From Octopus sinensis (taxonomy: Eukaryota), in the NCBI RefSeq assembly GCF_006345805.1, contig NC_042997.1:207762001-207826000 (forward strand): DNA of 64,000 nt, given 5' to 3'. The position numbers were made by a program, and so were the translations under genes. The notes below the pieces were generated by a model, which was not told where the DNA came from, searched no databases, and worked only from the letters and a program-made list of their open reading frames with translations. Below are positions 62,014-64,000 of this stretch, in pieces; positions within the stretch are counted from its first letter, which is position 1, and every line of letters begins with the position of its first letter.

Positions 62014-62215
62014 GTATGCTCCGATGGATATGCAACGTCAGTGTGCATGTATGACAAAGTGGAAATGTGCTGAGAGAAAAGTTGGTCGTAAGCGGAACGA
62101 ATTGCTGCATGCAAGAGACAAGATTGCATTGGTTTGGACATGTGATGTGTATGAATGGAAATAGCTGTATATAGAAGTGTTGATTGCTTAAAGGGGATGG
62201 CAGCTGTGGAAGAGA
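62014..62215 (+). mobile_element. RTE fragment fused to the CR1 3' end
   Basis: SMLRWICNVSVHV...LREKL...RLHWFGHVM, homologous to 1700-1790. Confidence 0.75.
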
Positions 62216-63254
62216 GAGCCAATCTCAAGATGACAATGGATTGAGATGTCTGGTAAAAGAAGGTTCTCGAGAAGACCTGCCCACCCCACTGCTGTGTCTT
62301 CCACCCCTATCTAACATTAAATCATTCATCACACCCTACCTCAATAGACCAAAACTACATCTCTGCTCCTCTTCCTCATGCACTATGCTTACCTCTCCCT
62401 CTCTTCTCCTGCAATCCTGTCCTTCCTCTCCTGCTGGCATTCACATGAACCCCCTATTCATGCACCCTGGGAAATCCAATACTATCCCATTTACATTCCC
62501 ATCCTCATACATTAAGAGTATACCCTGGCACATTACCACCGTCTCGCTCTCTCTCTCTCTCTCTCTCTTTCTCTTTCCCTCTGACTCGGGTAACCATGTC
62601 TCTCCATGTCGTGCAATGCTTCCCACCCCCACCCAAGTGAATGAAAGTGGATTAGCACATTGCTATAAAATGGAGAACTGTCCAAGTGTCAGCGGTTGAT
62701 TGGTTGGCAAGCAGTTGACTGTGAGCCATTTGGCAGAGAGTGCTTAACCTCATGTTTCTTTCTTCTGTCCTTCGTTGAATTATTTGTCCAACACACAAGG
62801 ATGCAAAACTCCACTACAGCAAGACACCTGTTTCCATCCTTCAGTCATACTTTATCTACACATCACCTCACACCACAAAGCCACCTCCTTCAATACCACA
62901 GCCCCTCCTCTCAAAGGATCTTTGTTTTGCAAGTTACTTGGTGACCTTGCTGGGTCTGGTGCCATGTATAAAGCATCCAGTCCACTCTGTATAATGGTTG
63001 GCATTAGGAATGGCATCCTGCTATAAAAACGATATGAGAGGAGACTTTACCAGTGCAGGTGTCACTTAAAATGCCCCTTGCCCTCTCTGTGAAATGGTTG
63101 GCATTAGGAATGGCATCCAAATGTAAAAGCCATGACAAAGCAGACCCCACCCCATTCTACCCCCTCATACCCTAGTCACTTCCTTTTGGACAAGCCTTCT
63201 CTCTCTCTCTTGACCCTCTCCCATCTTCCTTCTCCTTCCTTGTCCTACTAGCCT

Positions 63255-63720
63255 TTCACCCTTTCAGGGTTCAAGAAATTAGTACCAGTTGAATACTGGG
63301 GTCGATGCAATCAACTAACCTTCCCTCCAAATTGCTGGCCTTGTGTCAGAATTTGAAATCAAGGGACATTTGGGGATGTGTTGTGCTTGAGAGGACCCAT
63401 CAAGTCAAGCGCATGTGTGCTGGTGGCACATAAAGAATATCTTTTGAATGTTGGGCCTCCCAGAAGCAAAGTGGCTGAGTTCTTTTCAAGCGTTGGGCCT
63501 CACAGAGGCAATGACCAAGATTTTTGGTATTATGTCATGTTTGGGAAGATCCATCAAGACATGTAAAAGCACCCGTTACACGCTCGGAGAGGTTGGTGTT
63601 AGGAAGGGCATTCAGCCAAAGAAAACCATGCCAAATCAGACTGGAGTCTGATGCAGCCTTCCAGCTTGTGAGCCCAGTCAAAGCATGGACAAAGGAACTT
63701 AAATGATGACGGTGATGATA
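63255..63720 (+). mobile_element. Cluster of diverged OR-type (63255-63360) and OK/RTE-tail (63560-63720) SINE fragments
   Basis: AGTACCAGTTGAATACTGGGGTCGAT, and AAAAGCACCC...TTAGGAAGGGCA...(GAT)-like tail. Confidence 0.65.
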
Positions 63721-64000
63721 TATCTTTAGAAATGGTTGGGTAGTTATATGTATTTTTAGTGAAATAGTTTTTATTTTTCTTTTGTCTAAATAACTTCATC
63801 ACTAACTTGTCTCTGATATTGTCATGTCTTTAACCAAAGTACAATATTCTAGAATACAAGAATGAGCCCCGACGAGAAATGTTGAAATTCCCATCTCTAC
63901 CTTAAAACACACAGTTTTAATGATCTGAAGACCTTTACACAGTTGCTCAGGCTGATAGAAATAGCAGGAAAGTATCCCTCCCATTACACCCTGCCTTCTT

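Overview
Eukaryotic, repeat-saturated window. The SINE families resemble octopus OR- and OK-type SINEs as I recall them, so an octopod cephalopod is likely (inference, not checked by search). The only clear host-gene sequence is the terminal coding exon of a PARP14/15-like mono-ADP-ribosyltransferase (5571-5839, +). There is also one candidate 35-bp exon (58750-58784). Most of the rest is transposon-derived. LINEs: five RTE fragments carrying a PHD finger inside the RT domain, three CR1-group elements, two Tx1/L1-like relics and a HERO-like RLE fragment. LTR elements: a Mag-type Gypsy nested, with a 5-bp TSD, inside another Gypsy. DNA elements: mariner and Merlin relics and several MITEs/palindromes. 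Tandem arrays: about 25 x 212 bp (8987-14272) and about 263 x 37 bp (37028-46765). The most interesting signals, all read by eye, are a type I hammerhead ribozyme with an unusually long structured stem II (4126-4257, -), a tRNA-headed SINE-like element carrying a second, damaged hammerhead (6647-6877), a 700-bp palindrome with telomeric repeats at its apex, and a 32-bp-stem hairpin just upstream of a Gypsy protease. Boundaries of degenerate elements are approximate.
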